Of a DNA stretch of 64,000 nucleotides, positions 37,971 to 47,173 are shown in pieces (within the stretch, counting starts at the first letter, position 1; the number at the start of each line of letters is the position of its first letter). The notes under the pieces were generated by a model. The model was not told where the DNA came from. It saw nothing but the letters and a program-made list of their open reading frames with translations, and ran no database searches. The stretch covers positions 19,328-83,327 of the forward strand of contig JAZNHT010000037.1 in NCBI GenBank assembly GCA_045577175.1, read 5' to 3'. A program made the position numbers and the translations under genes. Source of the stretch: Eubacteriales bacterium. GTDB lineage: Bacteria > Bacillota > Clostridia > Oscillospirales > CAG-272.

Positions 37971-39055
37971 GGCTGTCCTGCCTCCTTTTCGGCGAGCTTT
38001 GCGGCGGCATCTGCCTCTGCAAGCGCATCTGTCATAAAGTCTATATCACCGTTGAGAAATGTATCCAGCGCATAAGAGGTGAGTCCGATACGGTGATCCG
38101 TCACACGCCCCTGCGGATAGTTGTATGTTCGAATACGCTCGCTACGATCGCCTGTTCCGACCTGCGATTTTCGCTCCGAGGCGATCCTGTCCGCCTGCTC
38201 TCGCTGCTTCTGATCGAACAGCTTAGCACGAAGTAAACGCATCGCTTTATCCTTGTTCTGAAACTGGCTTCGCTCATTCTGGCACTCGATCACGATGCCC
38301 GTCGGCTTGTGTGTCAGACGGACGGCCGATTCTGTTTTGTTGATATGCTGACCGCCTGCACCCGAGCTTTTGATGGATTCGATGTGGATGTCGGCAGGGT
38401 TGATTTCGATTTGCACATCCTCCGCCTCGGGAAGGACGGCAACGGTTACGGTAGAGGTATGAATACGCCCCGACGATTCCGTTTCGGGAACGCGCTGGAC
38501 ACGGTGGACGCCGCTTTCAAACTTGAATCGGGAATAAGCCCCCTCCCCGCTGACAAGGAACGTAATCTCGCGGTAGCCGCCGAGACCTGTCTCCGTTGCA
38601 CTTGCAAATTCCGTTTTAAATCCGTGTGCGGTCGCACACATTACGTACATGCGGTACAATACCGCAACAAACAACGTCGCCTCGTCACCGCCCGCGCCTG
38701 CGCGGATTTCGACGATGACGTTTTTGTCATCGTTCGGATCGGGCGGAACAAGAAACACTCTGAGCTCCGCACGGAGCTTTTCAAGAACGGCTTCTGCATC
38801 CCTGTACTCCTCCTCTGCGAGTGCGCGAATCTCCTCATCCGCTTCGTTTCTGCGGAGGAAATCCGCGTCTGCCATCTGCGCTTCGGCTGATTCATACCGT
38901 GTGATCTTTTCAACGATCGGTGTAAGTGCGCTGTACTCCTTCAAAACGGATGCGTACTTTGCGCTGTCCGATACGGTTTCGGGCGAGGCAAGCAAATGCT
39001 CAAGCAGTTCGTGCCGCTCTTTATGCTGTTTTAATGTATCAAGCCACTGCGCCAT
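37967..39055 (-). CDS. prfA: peptide chain release factor 1
   Basis: GGQ motif (SGAGGQHINKT) and the RF1-type PxT tripeptide (RVPETES). No internal frameshift site. Confidence 0.93.
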   Translation of the reverse strand: MAQWLDTLKQHKERHELLEHLLASPETVSDSAKYASVLKEYSALTPIVEKITRYESAEAQMADADFLRRNEADEEIRALAEEEYRDAEAVLEKLRAELRVFLVPPDPNDDKNVIVEIRAGAGGDEATLFVAVLYRMYVMCATAHGFKTEFASATETGLGGYREITFLVSGEGAYSRFKFESGVHRVQRVPETESSGRIHTSTVTVAVLPEAEDVQIEINPADIHIESIKSSGAGGQHINKTESAVRLTHKPTGIVIECQNERSQFQNKDKAMRLLRAKLFDQKQREQADRIASERKSQVGTGDRSERIRTYNYPQGRVTDHRIGLTSYALDTFLNGDIDFMTDALAEADAAAKLAEKEAGQP

Positions 39056-39088
39056 ATGTTTGCCTCCTTCGAAACAGTATCGTATGTA

Positions 39089-39135
39089 TATACGGACACC
39101 GCTCCCGCGTAAGTTACGCGGGAGTGGTGCGTATA
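39089..39135 (-). other. long imperfect stem-loop between eda and prfA (terminator, attenuator or RNA-stability element)
   Basis: A 10-bp GC core (CTCCCGCGTA/TACGCGGGAG, 39102-39124) is extended by outer pairing. No clean U-run follows on the minus strand. Confidence 0.45.
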
Positions 39136-39139
39136 CGGA

Positions 39140-40108
39140 TTATTTTTTCACGAGATGGCAGGCGAAGCCGCCGATTTCTTCTTTCAGATACACGCTGACG
39201 AGCTTGCCCTTTGCGTCGTATTTCTTTGACTCCTCATCGAAGAGAACGCCCATTCTCGACAGATACGCCGCTGCGCGGTCAACGAAGTTTGTTCCGATTG
39301 CAATATGACCGTGCGTACCGCGTCCGGGAGACTTCAGGATTTCAAACAGCTTTGCCGCCCAAACGGAGCCGGTGTGCTCCTCGGAAGTAAATCCGAAGAG
39401 ATTGGCAAACGTGTCCGCCGCACTGCGGCTTTCGGTTTCGCTCTCTGTATTGATGCCGAGGTGGTGGAGATCAAACCCGAGCATTTTGACGACAGCCTCA
39501 CGGGTGAGTGCCTCGATGGCATTCCAATCCTCCGCGTCAATCAGCGACTCCTTCACCATAAAGCTGCCGCCGCAGGCGATAACCTTATCAAAACGGAGAT
39601 ACTCGAGCAGGTTGTCCGCATTGATGCCGCCGGTCGGCATGAAACGGATATTTCCGTACGGTGCGGACATGGCTTTAATCATGCCGATGCCGCCTGCCGC
39701 CTCCGCAGGAAAGAATTTGACCGTATCAAGTCCAAGCTCGATAGCCGCCTCAATATCGGACGGATTGGCGCATCCGGGCAGAATCGGGATGCCGATCTTC
39801 TGACAGTGACGCACCGTGTTCGGATTCAGACCGGGACTGACGATGAATTTTGCACCGGCAGCCTTGGCGCGATCCGCCTGTTCTGCGTTCAGGACGGTGC
39901 CGGCACCGACAAGCATATCGGGACACGCCTCCGCGATGGCGGCGATTGCTTCCGCGGCGCACGCGGTACGGAAGGTGATCTCAGCCGCAGGAAGACCGCC
40001 GCGGCAAAGAGCCTGCGCAAGCGGAACAGCCTTTTTCGGATCGGTTATCTTTATAACGGGAATAATACCGATTTCGTAAAGCAATTCATTCATGGTCTTC
40101 ATGGGCAT
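39140..40108 (-). CDS. eda: KDPG/KHG aldolase (Eda) fused to a C-terminal VOC (glyoxalase-like) domain
   Basis: Eda motifs AAEITFRT and the Schiff-base Lys in DTVKFFPAE, then GGSF. The extra ~110 aa start with HHLGI and contain HIAIG, which are VOC-type metal-ligand contexts. Confidence 0.8.
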   Translation of the reverse strand: MPMKTMNELLYEIGIIPVIKITDPKKAVPLAQALCRGGLPAAEITFRTACAAEAIAAIAEACPDMLVGAGTVLNAEQADRAKAAGAKFIVSPGLNPNTVRHCQKIGIPILPGCANPSDIEAAIELGLDTVKFFPAEAAGGIGMIKAMSAPYGNIRFMPTGGINADNLLEYLRFDKVIACGGSFMVKESLIDAEDWNAIEALTREAVVKMLGFDLHHLGINTESETESRSAADTFANLFGFTSEEHTGSVWAAKLFEILKSPGRGTHGHIAIGTNFVDRAAAYLSRMGVLFDEESKKYDAKGKLVSVYLKEEIGGFACHLVKK

Positions 40109-40114
40109 ACCCTC

Positions 40115-41530
40115 TTATTTGCAAAATGCGGAAAATGCTTTGTGCGCGGAATAAACATCCGTTTTGGAAACAACCTCGAACGGAGCGTGCATCGAAAGAA
40201 CGGGAACACCGATGTCAACCGTGTCGATGTTTTGGTTGGCAATATATTTTGCAACGGTGCCGCCGCCGCCCTGATCGACCTTGCCGAGCTCACTCGTCTG
40301 CCAGAGCACGCCGTCACGCTCGAACATCTGACGAACCGTGCCGACAAACTCCGCGCTTGCATCGCTTGTGCCGCTCTTGCCGCGTGCGCCGGTGTATTTC
40401 GCCATAGCAACGCCGCAGTTGAGAAGCGAAGAATTGCGCTTCTCGTATACCTCGGGATAGTTCGGATCATATCCGGCACTTACGTCTGCGGAGAGACACA
40501 TGGAGTTCGCACGGATCACGTTCGCGTTTCCGCCGAGATTCTTTGCCAGCTCGTCAATCAGATCCACCAGGAGAGAGCATTGCATACCCGTAACGCCGTC
40601 ACTGCCGATTTCTTCTTTATCGGCGAGAACGCACATGAGGGTGTGTGCGCCGCCTGCGTTTTCAATAATAGCGGTGAGTGCCGGATACGCGCATACGCGG
40701 TCGTCGTGTCCGTACGCACCGAGCATCCAGCGGTCAAAGCCGACATCGACCGCATTGGCGGCGGGAACCATGCAAAGCTCCGCGCTCATGAAATCCGTCT
40801 CGGTGATGCCGTACTTATCGTTGAGATATGCCATTACACAGAGCTTTACCTTATCGGAGGCGGGGGTAACGGTTCCGTCCTCCTCCATATACGGACTGCC
40901 TGCGATCAGAATATTCATACCTTCACCGGTAAACGCGGTGCCGAGCGGTTTTGCACTTTGATCCTTGGCGAGATGCGGCAGAAGATCCGTAATGCAGAAC
41001 ACGGGATCGCCGGGCAGATCGCCGATGCGCACGTCAATGCTCGTGCCATCCTTCGTGATAACGACGCCGTGGAGTGCCAGCGGCACGGTTGCCCACTGAT
41101 ACTTGCGGACGCCGCCGTAATAATGTGTCTTGAAATAGCCGAGACCGTCGCTCTCAAAGAGAGGATGCTGCTTCAGATCAAGACGGGGAGAATCGATGTG
41201 TGCCGCAGAGATACGGACGCCGCTGTTGATGTCCTCCGTGCCGAGCGCCATAACGTACAGGCTCTTTCCGCGGTTGTTATAGTAAACCTTGTCTCCCTTT
41301 TGGAGCTTGTCGCCGATCTTGTATGCACGGAATCCTGCATCCTCCAGCATTTTTACAGAGGCGATGACGGCTTCCCGTTCCGTTTTTCCTTCATCCAGAT
41401 ATTTTGCATAACCGATGCAGTACTCCTTTGCGGCAGAAAGCTCCTCTGCACTCCAGAGTTCAAATGCGGATTTTTTCTTATAGAACACTTCCTCCGCGAG
41501 AAGCTGTCCCTTTGTCTTTTCTTCGCTCAT
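40115..41530 (-). CDS. M18 family aminopeptidase
   Basis: ISAAHIDSPRLDLK, HDDRVCAY, EEIGS and SMHAP motifs typical of aspartyl/M18 aminopeptidases. Confidence 0.85.
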   Translation of the reverse strand: MSEEKTKGQLLAEEVFYKKKSAFELWSAEELSAAKEYCIGYAKYLDEGKTEREAVIASVKMLEDAGFRAYKIGDKLQKGDKVYYNNRGKSLYVMALGTEDINSGVRISAAHIDSPRLDLKQHPLFESDGLGYFKTHYYGGVRKYQWATVPLALHGVVITKDGTSIDVRIGDLPGDPVFCITDLLPHLAKDQSAKPLGTAFTGEGMNILIAGSPYMEEDGTVTPASDKVKLCVMAYLNDKYGITETDFMSAELCMVPAANAVDVGFDRWMLGAYGHDDRVCAYPALTAIIENAGGAHTLMCVLADKEEIGSDGVTGMQCSLLVDLIDELAKNLGGNANVIRANSMCLSADVSAGYDPNYPEVYEKRNSSLLNCGVAMAKYTGARGKSGTSDASAEFVGTVRQMFERDGVLWQTSELGKVDQGGGGTVAKYIANQNIDTVDIGVPVLSMHAPFEVVSKTDVYSAHKAFSAFCK

Positions 41531-41562
41531 GTGTATATATCCTTTCGTGTTAATATTTGCCG

Positions 41563-42150
41563 TTAATTCGGTGCCGTTCCGTACAGACGCTTATACACGC
41601 CGATTGCGTCGTTCACGCGCTTTACGTATTTTGCCGTTTCTTTATAGGGAATATTCGTAAGCCTGCCGTCATCATCCGTATACTCGGGCATTTGCAGCCA
41701 TTCATCGGCACGGGACATCCCTGCATTGTAGGCGGCAAAAACGGTATCCCACCGATTATAGCGCATGTACAGGTACGAAAGCAGATACGTTCCGTATTCG
41801 ATATTCGTTTCGGGATCATACAGCATACCGCTGTCCGCCGTGCGTTTCATCAGCATGGAAATCCACGAAAACGTATCCGGTGTGATCTGCATCAGACCGA
41901 CCGCCCCTGCAGAGGAAACCGCGTTGCTTATGAAATCGCTTTCGACTTTGATAACGGCATAGATCACATGCTCCGGCACGCCGTACTGATCGGAATATTT
42001 GCTGACGTATTCACTGAAATCGCGCGGATAGCGAGTTCTGTCAACGGCATCCCAGATTGTCTGGTAAAGGTACCCTGCCAAAACGGATGCGGCGAGAATA
42101 ATCAGGATAACGCCGCTCACGCGGGCACTTTTTTTCAGTCTGTCATTCAT
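41563..42150 (-). CDS. lytic transglycosylase (SLT domain), membrane-anchored
   Basis: Catalytic KVESDF...AVGLMQIT...YNAG motifs. The start is set at MNDRLKK (ATGAATGA overlap with the coaE stop). Confidence 0.85.
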   Translation of the reverse strand: MNDRLKKSARVSGVILIILAASVLAGYLYQTIWDAVDRTRYPRDFSEYVSKYSDQYGVPEHVIYAVIKVESDFISNAVSSAGAVGLMQITPDTFSWISMLMKRTADSGMLYDPETNIEYGTYLLSYLYMRYNRWDTVFAAYNAGMSRADEWLQMPEYTDDDGRLTNIPYKETAKYVKRVNDAIGVYKRLYGTAPN

Positions 42151-42799
42151 CTGCACTCTCCCGGATTCCGAAGCGTTCAAAAATTGCACGAACAGTATCA
42201 CCGATTTGCAAATCCAAAGTCTCGCAGTGATCGCCGTTCTCTATCACATAATCACAGCGGCGAATAAGCTCCTCTGCGGAAATCTGTGACGCAAGACGTC
42301 GGTGTGCTTGTGCTTCGGTAATGCCATCACGCTTCATGATGCGCGCCACGGACACCTCCTCGGGCGCAACGATGCAGAGTGTGCAGTCGCAGTGCGCATG
42401 AAATCCGCTTTCAAAGAGAACGGGGGCATCGACAATCACGGCGGGCGCGCCGTTTGCCGAGAGCTCCTCGGCAACACGTACCGTTTCGCGCAGGATGTGC
42501 GCGTGGGTGATACGGTTGAGCTTCGCAAGCGCATCGGATGCGCCGTCAGCGAAAACAATATCGGCAAGAGCGCGGCGGTTGAGTGAGTGATCCGGATTTG
42601 CAATTTCCGCACCGAACGCACCGACCAGCTCACGCATACATGGCGAATACTGCGCGGCAGGCGCGGTCATCGTGCGGTAGACAGCATCCGTATCAATCGA
42701 CGGGATGCCGTGTGCGGCAAATTTTTTTGCAACATATCCCTTGCCGCTTCCGCTTCTGCCGCAAAGACCGATCAGCGGAACGTGATTTCTTGCTTTCAT
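42143..42799 (-). CDS. coaE: dephospho-CoA kinase
   Basis: P-loop GLCGRSGSGKG, then IDTDAVY. The length is right for the family. Confidence 0.85.
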   Translation of the reverse strand: MKARNHVPLIGLCGRSGSGKGYVAKKFAAHGIPSIDTDAVYRTMTAPAAQYSPCMRELVGAFGAEIANPDHSLNRRALADIVFADGASDALAKLNRITHAHILRETVRVAEELSANGAPAVIVDAPVLFESGFHAHCDCTLCIVAPEEVSVARIMKRDGITEAQAHRRLASQISAEELIRRCDYVIENGDHCETLDLQIGDTVRAIFERFGIRESADE

Positions 42800-42808
42800 A
42801 CAGTCAGC

Positions 42809-43747
42809 TTACTCCTGCTTTGCAAACGCTTCGGCGAATACGAATGAATACCCTGCTCCGGAGAGAATCTCTCCCATTTTGAAAATCTTCTCAGCGTAAT
42901 CGGGCTGGTAATTGAAGTAATGGTTGTAGAAATACTGCTCATGAATACACACACCGATATATTCCTTGCCGATATACGGAGAGAACACGTCATCAATTTC
43001 TGCAAGAGAAAGCGCGTTCAGCGTGAACAGCGGAAGATGGAACTTCTTGAACAGCATACCGGTATCTTCATCGAGAATTGCATCCATGGTTGAAATCGTT
43101 TTTTCAAGCTGTTCGGGAGAAAAATGATTGTACGAGCAGACCGAGCAGTTGATCGAAGCGAGCTTACCGCCGCGCTCGTACATACGTGTATCGGGCGAAC
43201 GGTTTTCAAGCAGGCGTGCTTCGTGCGCCGCGGAAAGGAAGCCGGGCGCATAGTCAATAGCCTTGCCTGCGGATACATCCATAACGCGCACACCGCAGTC
43301 GTAAAGCGCACGGACGCCCTCCTTGCTCATCGCATTCCAGTGTGGGCACATGCCGTATGTAAAGGATTCCTCGCCTGCAAAGCGAACAACCTCGCGATAG
43401 GTATCGTCAAAGAGCTGTTTCATCTCGGCGTAGCTGACGTTCGGATGCGGATAATCGGGAAATTCGCTCTCGGCGTGGATGCCGAACTTCAGCCAATCGG
43501 AGGCGGCGCGAAATTCTTCCTTGTAGGCGTCGGTCATCTCCGATAAAGAAAAATCGTGCGCATAGTTTTCACGGTTGGTTCTGTAAAACAGATTGAGCTG
43601 TGTTTTTACGCCGTACCGCTCGTATGCCGTTTTCAGCATAGCCATATACGGATCGTCAAACAGAGATAAAGGACGGCGGCGAGTGATTTCGTGAAGTGTC
43701 CAGATAACATCGTCAATCAGAAAATGGGATTTTGGTGATACAGCCAT
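42809..43747 (-). CDS. hypothetical cytoplasmic protein (312 aa)
   Basis: ATG 6 nt after GGAGG. No TM helix or signal peptide, and I recognise no motif. It lies immediately upstream of coaE on the same strand. Confidence 0.6.
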   Translation of the reverse strand: MAVSPKSHFLIDDVIWTLHEITRRRPLSLFDDPYMAMLKTAYERYGVKTQLNLFYRTNRENYAHDFSLSEMTDAYKEEFRAASDWLKFGIHAESEFPDYPHPNVSYAEMKQLFDDTYREVVRFAGEESFTYGMCPHWNAMSKEGVRALYDCGVRVMDVSAGKAIDYAPGFLSAAHEARLLENRSPDTRMYERGGKLASINCSVCSYNHFSPEQLEKTISTMDAILDEDTGMLFKKFHLPLFTLNALSLAEIDDVFSPYIGKEYIGVCIHEQYFYNHYFNYQPDYAEKIFKMGEILSGAGYSFVFAEAFAKQE

Positions 43748-43867
43748 AGATAACCTCCAAAGAATTGATAGAGATGAGAGAGACTGCGCAAACCCTGCAC
43801 AAATCCACCGTATATTATACCACAAGCTCTCAGCTTTTGCAATACCTCCCTATATTTTATTGTAAAA

Positions 43868-44704
43868 TCATTCTTCGGTCCGAATAAAAAAATACACAAT
43901 TCCGCCTGTGTCCATGCGCACTCCGATTACAACAGATCCGCCGTTGCAGTCAAGGCAGACACGGCACATACACTGCGCACAGCGACTCGATGAAAGAGTG
44001 AGAGAGTCAAGCTCTGTCTTCCCTGCCGCATACGTCGTGGCGATGCGGATGCACTCTTCCTCCGTCAGTCGAATTTCATGCGGTACGGCCGCAATCGCAT
44101 AGGCGGACACGCGGTTCGATGCACCGTCAAACAGCACAGTGACATTCCGGCAGTATGCACAGTGCCCATCGGCGGAGAAGATATTGCGTACACCGATAAA
44201 TTCCGCCGCAAGCTCCGTATAATCTTTTGCCTCCCCGACCGGCTCTGCCATTGTCTGCGGTGACTGAACGCGTGCGCTCGCGCGCGAAAGCGTGCCTGCC
44301 GTATCTGCCGACTCACGGAGAGAGCTGACGAACGCAGAGGCGGAAAAACGGTTCTCGACGATCATTGCTTCGACCTCTGTACAGAAAGTGAAAAATCGGG
44401 CATCCCGCGCACCGATCACTTCCGTGAAGAGACGTGCATCCGCATCACGCAGAAAATCACTCGCGTGTGTTGCCGCGAGCGCGGCGGATACTTCGGCAGA
44501 AACCGCGTCGGAAGCATCTTTGAGCGCGAGCATTTCCGCCGCGGCAAGGGATGCTGCACGCTCCCGACGGATATTTCGGGCGTATATGCCGCCTATGCCG
44601 GACGCAATCAGCGCGGCAAAGCACGTGAGAAACGCAATACCGAGAAGCAGTATTGCGTGACGGGTTCGCTCGGGCTCTTCTTTTATGAATCGAATGAGTC
44701 GCAT
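43868..44704 (-). CDS. hypothetical membrane-anchored protein with a Cys-rich C-terminus
   Basis: ATG behind AAAGGAGAG. TM helix LLLGIAFLTCFAALIASGIGGIY, an Ala-rich region, and CAYC ... CAQCMCRVCLDC near the C-terminus. Confidence 0.6.
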   Translation of the reverse strand: MRLIRFIKEEPERTRHAILLLGIAFLTCFAALIASGIGGIYARNIRRERAASLAAAEMLALKDASDAVSAEVSAALAATHASDFLRDADARLFTEVIGARDARFFTFCTEVEAMIVENRFSASAFVSSLRESADTAGTLSRASARVQSPQTMAEPVGEAKDYTELAAEFIGVRNIFSADGHCAYCRNVTVLFDGASNRVSAYAIAAVPHEIRLTEEECIRIATTYAAGKTELDSLTLSSSRCAQCMCRVCLDCNGGSVVIGVRMDTGGIVYFFIRTEE

Positions 44705-44766
44705 GTTGCTCTCCTTTCGGGTGTTTGTGTTTAGGATACCCAGTTTTGAAAAAATCATAAATTCAT

Positions 44767-44795
44767 TTGACATTCGGTATGAATTTTGTTATAAT
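44767..44795 (+). promoter_or_regulatory. consensus sigma-A promoter of the holB-ricT block
   Basis: -35 TTGACA (44767-44772), 17-nt spacer, extended -10 TGtTATAAT (44787-44795). Confidence 0.7.
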
Positions 44796-44843
44796 ATTTA
44801 TGTATGTACAGTCGGCATACAGACTTCTGATGAGAGAGGGTGC

Positions 44844-45881
44844 TTGACAATTTCGAAATCCGTATTTCCCACACTGATTTCCAACGAACACCTTCGTTCT
44901 GTCATCGGCGGCGATCTTCTTGCCGGACGTCTCGGGCACGCATATATTCTGGAAGGACCGGTCGGCAGCGGAAAACACACATTCGCACGTCTGGTTGCTG
45001 CTTCCCTTTCCTGCGAAAGCCGTGCCGATGCACGGTATCCGCTTCCGTGCGGAGAGTGTCTTTCCTGCCGAAAAATCCGTGACGGATTTTCGCCCGATGT
45101 GATTTATATCAAACGGGAGGAGGATCGCGCATCGATCGGTGTGGATGCCGTGCGTAAGGTGCGGGAAAGTCTTTGGATCGCACCGAACGAAAACGAGGCA
45201 AAGGTGTATATCATCGAAGACGCGGACACAATGACTGTTCCGGCACAGAATGCCTTTTTGCTGTCCCTCGAGGAGCCGCCTCCGTATGCGCGCTTCTTTC
45301 TGCTGACGGAGAATGCCTCTGCTCTGCTGGAAACAATCCGCAGCCGTGCACCGATACTCCGTATGCAGATTTTTGACAATGAAGCTCTGAGCGATATTCT
45401 GATAAAGGATCCGCGACTGAATACACTTGCGAGATCGCAAGGCGATTTTTTCCACAGGGCTGTATCCGCTTCGGGCGGTGCCGTCGGGCGGGCACGTCAG
45501 CTTCTTGATTCCGCATCCGCTGAGGGTGAAGCGTTGCTTTCTCTTCGTGCAGATGCCGCAAAAATCACATCGATGCTCTTTTCGGCAGACCCAACGGAAA
45601 GTGCGCAGATTCTCCTCGCGCTGTCGAAGGACAGGGCCGAATCTGTAAAACTGCTTGAGCACGTACTGGTCGCGCTCCGCGACCTTGCTGCCCTGAAGAA
45701 AAATCCCGCACTGCCGCCACTCTTCTTTCCGACTGCCGCTGAATGCCGCGCGGTCGGCGATAAAATTCCGCTTACACGTATTCTCGCAGCCTATGACGAT
45801 GTACTCACGGCGCGGGAGCAAATTCTTGCCAATGCGTCCGTACAGACTGTGTTTGTCGGACTTCTCATGAATAAACACTAA
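44844..45881 (+). CDS. holB: DNA polymerase III subunit delta prime
   Basis: HAYILEGPVGSGKHTFA and the Zn module CGECLSCRKI. The TTG start at 44844 is chosen because the upstream ATGs precede the promoter and overlap the divergent gene. Confidence 0.8.
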   Translation: MTISKSVFPTLISNEHLRSVIGGDLLAGRLGHAYILEGPVGSGKHTFARLVAASLSCESRADARYPLPCGECLSCRKIRDGFSPDVIYIKREEDRASIGVDAVRKVRESLWIAPNENEAKVYIIEDADTMTVPAQNAFLLSLEEPPPYARFFLLTENASALLETIRSRAPILRMQIFDNEALSDILIKDPRLNTLARSQGDFFHRAVSASGGAVGRARQLLDSASAEGEALLSLRADAAKITSMLFSADPTESAQILLALSKDRAESVKLLEHVLVALRDLAALKKNPALPPLFFPTAAECRAVGDKIPLTRILAAYDDVLTAREQILANASVQTVFVGLLMNKH

Positions 45882-45923
45882 TCCCAATACTGCTGAAAGG
45901 AACGATTTTTATCGTATATAATT

Positions 45924-46826
45924 ATGGCTCAGGATAACAGAATGCACCGGAATTTCGGTGCCCCCGAAACAACCGAGGTCGTCGGTGTCCGCTTCCGTGA
46001 CACAGGCAAGGTTTACTATTTCGCCCCCGGCAATCTTACGATCAAAGAAGACACCCCCGTTATCGTCGAAACATCGCGCGGCACGGAGTACGGCATTGCG
46101 ACAATCGGAAACAAAACGGTTTCAACTTCGGAAATCGTACCGCCTCTGCGTCCTGTTCTTCGTATTGCGACACAGAACGACGTGGAAAGACACGAGGCGA
46201 ACATTGCCCTTGAAAAAAATGCGTTTGACATCTGTCTCGAAAAAATTCGCGAGCATAAACTGGAAATGAAGCTGATCGATGCGGAATATACATTCGACAA
46301 CAACAAGCTGATCTTCTATTTCTCTGCCGAGGGGCGCGTCGATTTCCGCGAGCTTGTCAAAAATCTCGCATCCGTATTCCGCACCCGTATCGAGCTTCGT
46401 CAGATCGGTATCCGTGATGAGGCAAAAATGATGGGCGGTATCGGCATCTGCGGACGTCCGTTCTGCTGTTCAACCTTCCTCACGGATTTTGCACAGGTTT
46501 CCATCAAAATGGCGAAGGAGCAGAATCTCTCGCTCAACTCTGCGAAAATCTCCGGCACGTGCGGTCGTCTCATGTGCTGTTTGAATTACGAGTATCAGAC
46601 TTATGAGGAAGAACTTCGACTCACGCCGCCGGTCGGCAGCCGCGTGAAAACAGAAGACGGCACGGGCAACGTGACAGAAATCTCGCCGATGACCGGAATG
46701 ATTAAGGTTGGACTGACGGATAAGCAAGGGAATACAGTCATCCGTTCCTTCCACCGCGACAAGGTGACAGTGCTGAAGCTGCCTGAGCGTGGGCACGCAA
46801 AAGGACAGAAGCAGTCTGCCGAATGA
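45924..46826 (+). CDS. ricT: PSP1 domain protein RicT (YaaT, stage 0 sporulation family)
   Basis: Cys motifs GICGRPFCCSTFL and CGRLMCCLNYE. It sits after holB, as in Bacillus. Confidence 0.85.
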   Translation: MAQDNRMHRNFGAPETTEVVGVRFRDTGKVYYFAPGNLTIKEDTPVIVETSRGTEYGIATIGNKTVSTSEIVPPLRPVLRIATQNDVERHEANIALEKNAFDICLEKIREHKLEMKLIDAEYTFDNNKLIFYFSAEGRVDFRELVKNLASVFRTRIELRQIGIRDEAKMMGGIGICGRPFCCSTFLTDFAQVSIKMAKEQNLSLNSAKISGTCGRLMCCLNYEYQTYEEELRLTPPVGSRVKTEDGTGNVTEISPMTGMIKVGLTDKQGNTVIRSFHRDKVTVLKLPERGHAKGQKQSAE

Positions 46827-46920
46827 TGCTCGCAAGGAACTTTTCCGGCGTAATCGGTGTCCGATTCCGTATTTTCTAATAATTTTCTGCGTTTCTTTGC
46901 AACAAATTTTCGAAAAACGA

Positions 46921-46948
46921 TTGCAATTTCATTTTTTTGTGCTACAAT
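46921..46948 (+). promoter_or_regulatory. candidate promoter of the ferredoxin gene
   Basis: -35 TTGCAA (46921-46926), 16-nt spacer, TGcTACAAT (46940-46948). Confidence 0.5.
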
Positions 46949-46979
46949 AGTATCAAATACAAAATCGGAGGTATTAACA

Positions 46980-47153
46980 ATGGCTTACAAGATTTCTGCT
47001 GACGATTGCATCGGCTGCGGCGCATGCGCAAGCGAGTGCCCGGTTGAGTGCATCACCGAAAAAGACGGAAAGTACGTAATCAACGCAGACGAGTGTCTTG
47101 ACTGCGGTGCTTGCGCAGGCACCTGCCCTGTTGGTGCAGCAGCTGCTGAATAA
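46980..47153 (+). CDS. 2x[4Fe-4S] ferredoxin (57 aa)
   Basis: Two CxxCxxCxxxCP motifs (CIGCGACASECP and CLDCGACAGTCP). The ATG lies behind GGAGG. The track ORF start at 46857 is rejected. Confidence 0.9.
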   Translation: MAYKISADDCIGCGACASECPVECITEKDGKYVINADECLDCGACAGTCPVGAAAAE

Positions 47154-47173
47154 TCCCGTATTTTTCTACATAC

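Noticed and set aside
37967-39055. Programmed +1 frameshift as in prfB
   Set aside because: The gene is a single uninterrupted frame. It carries the RF1-type PxT (PET) motif rather than the SPF motif of RF2, so it is prfA and no frameshift site is expected.
39305-41566. 753-codon plus-strand ORF opposite eda and the M18 aminopeptidase
   Set aside because: This is again the codon-aligned antisense frame of both minus-strand genes, which happen to share a phase. It has no SD and a low-complexity R/A/G-rich translation. The minus-strand products have clear family motifs.
46857-46979. 41-codon N-terminal extension of the ferredoxin ORF
   Set aside because: The extension spans the promoter-like element and has no SD. 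The ferredoxin fold is complete from the ATG at 46980, which lies behind GGAGG.
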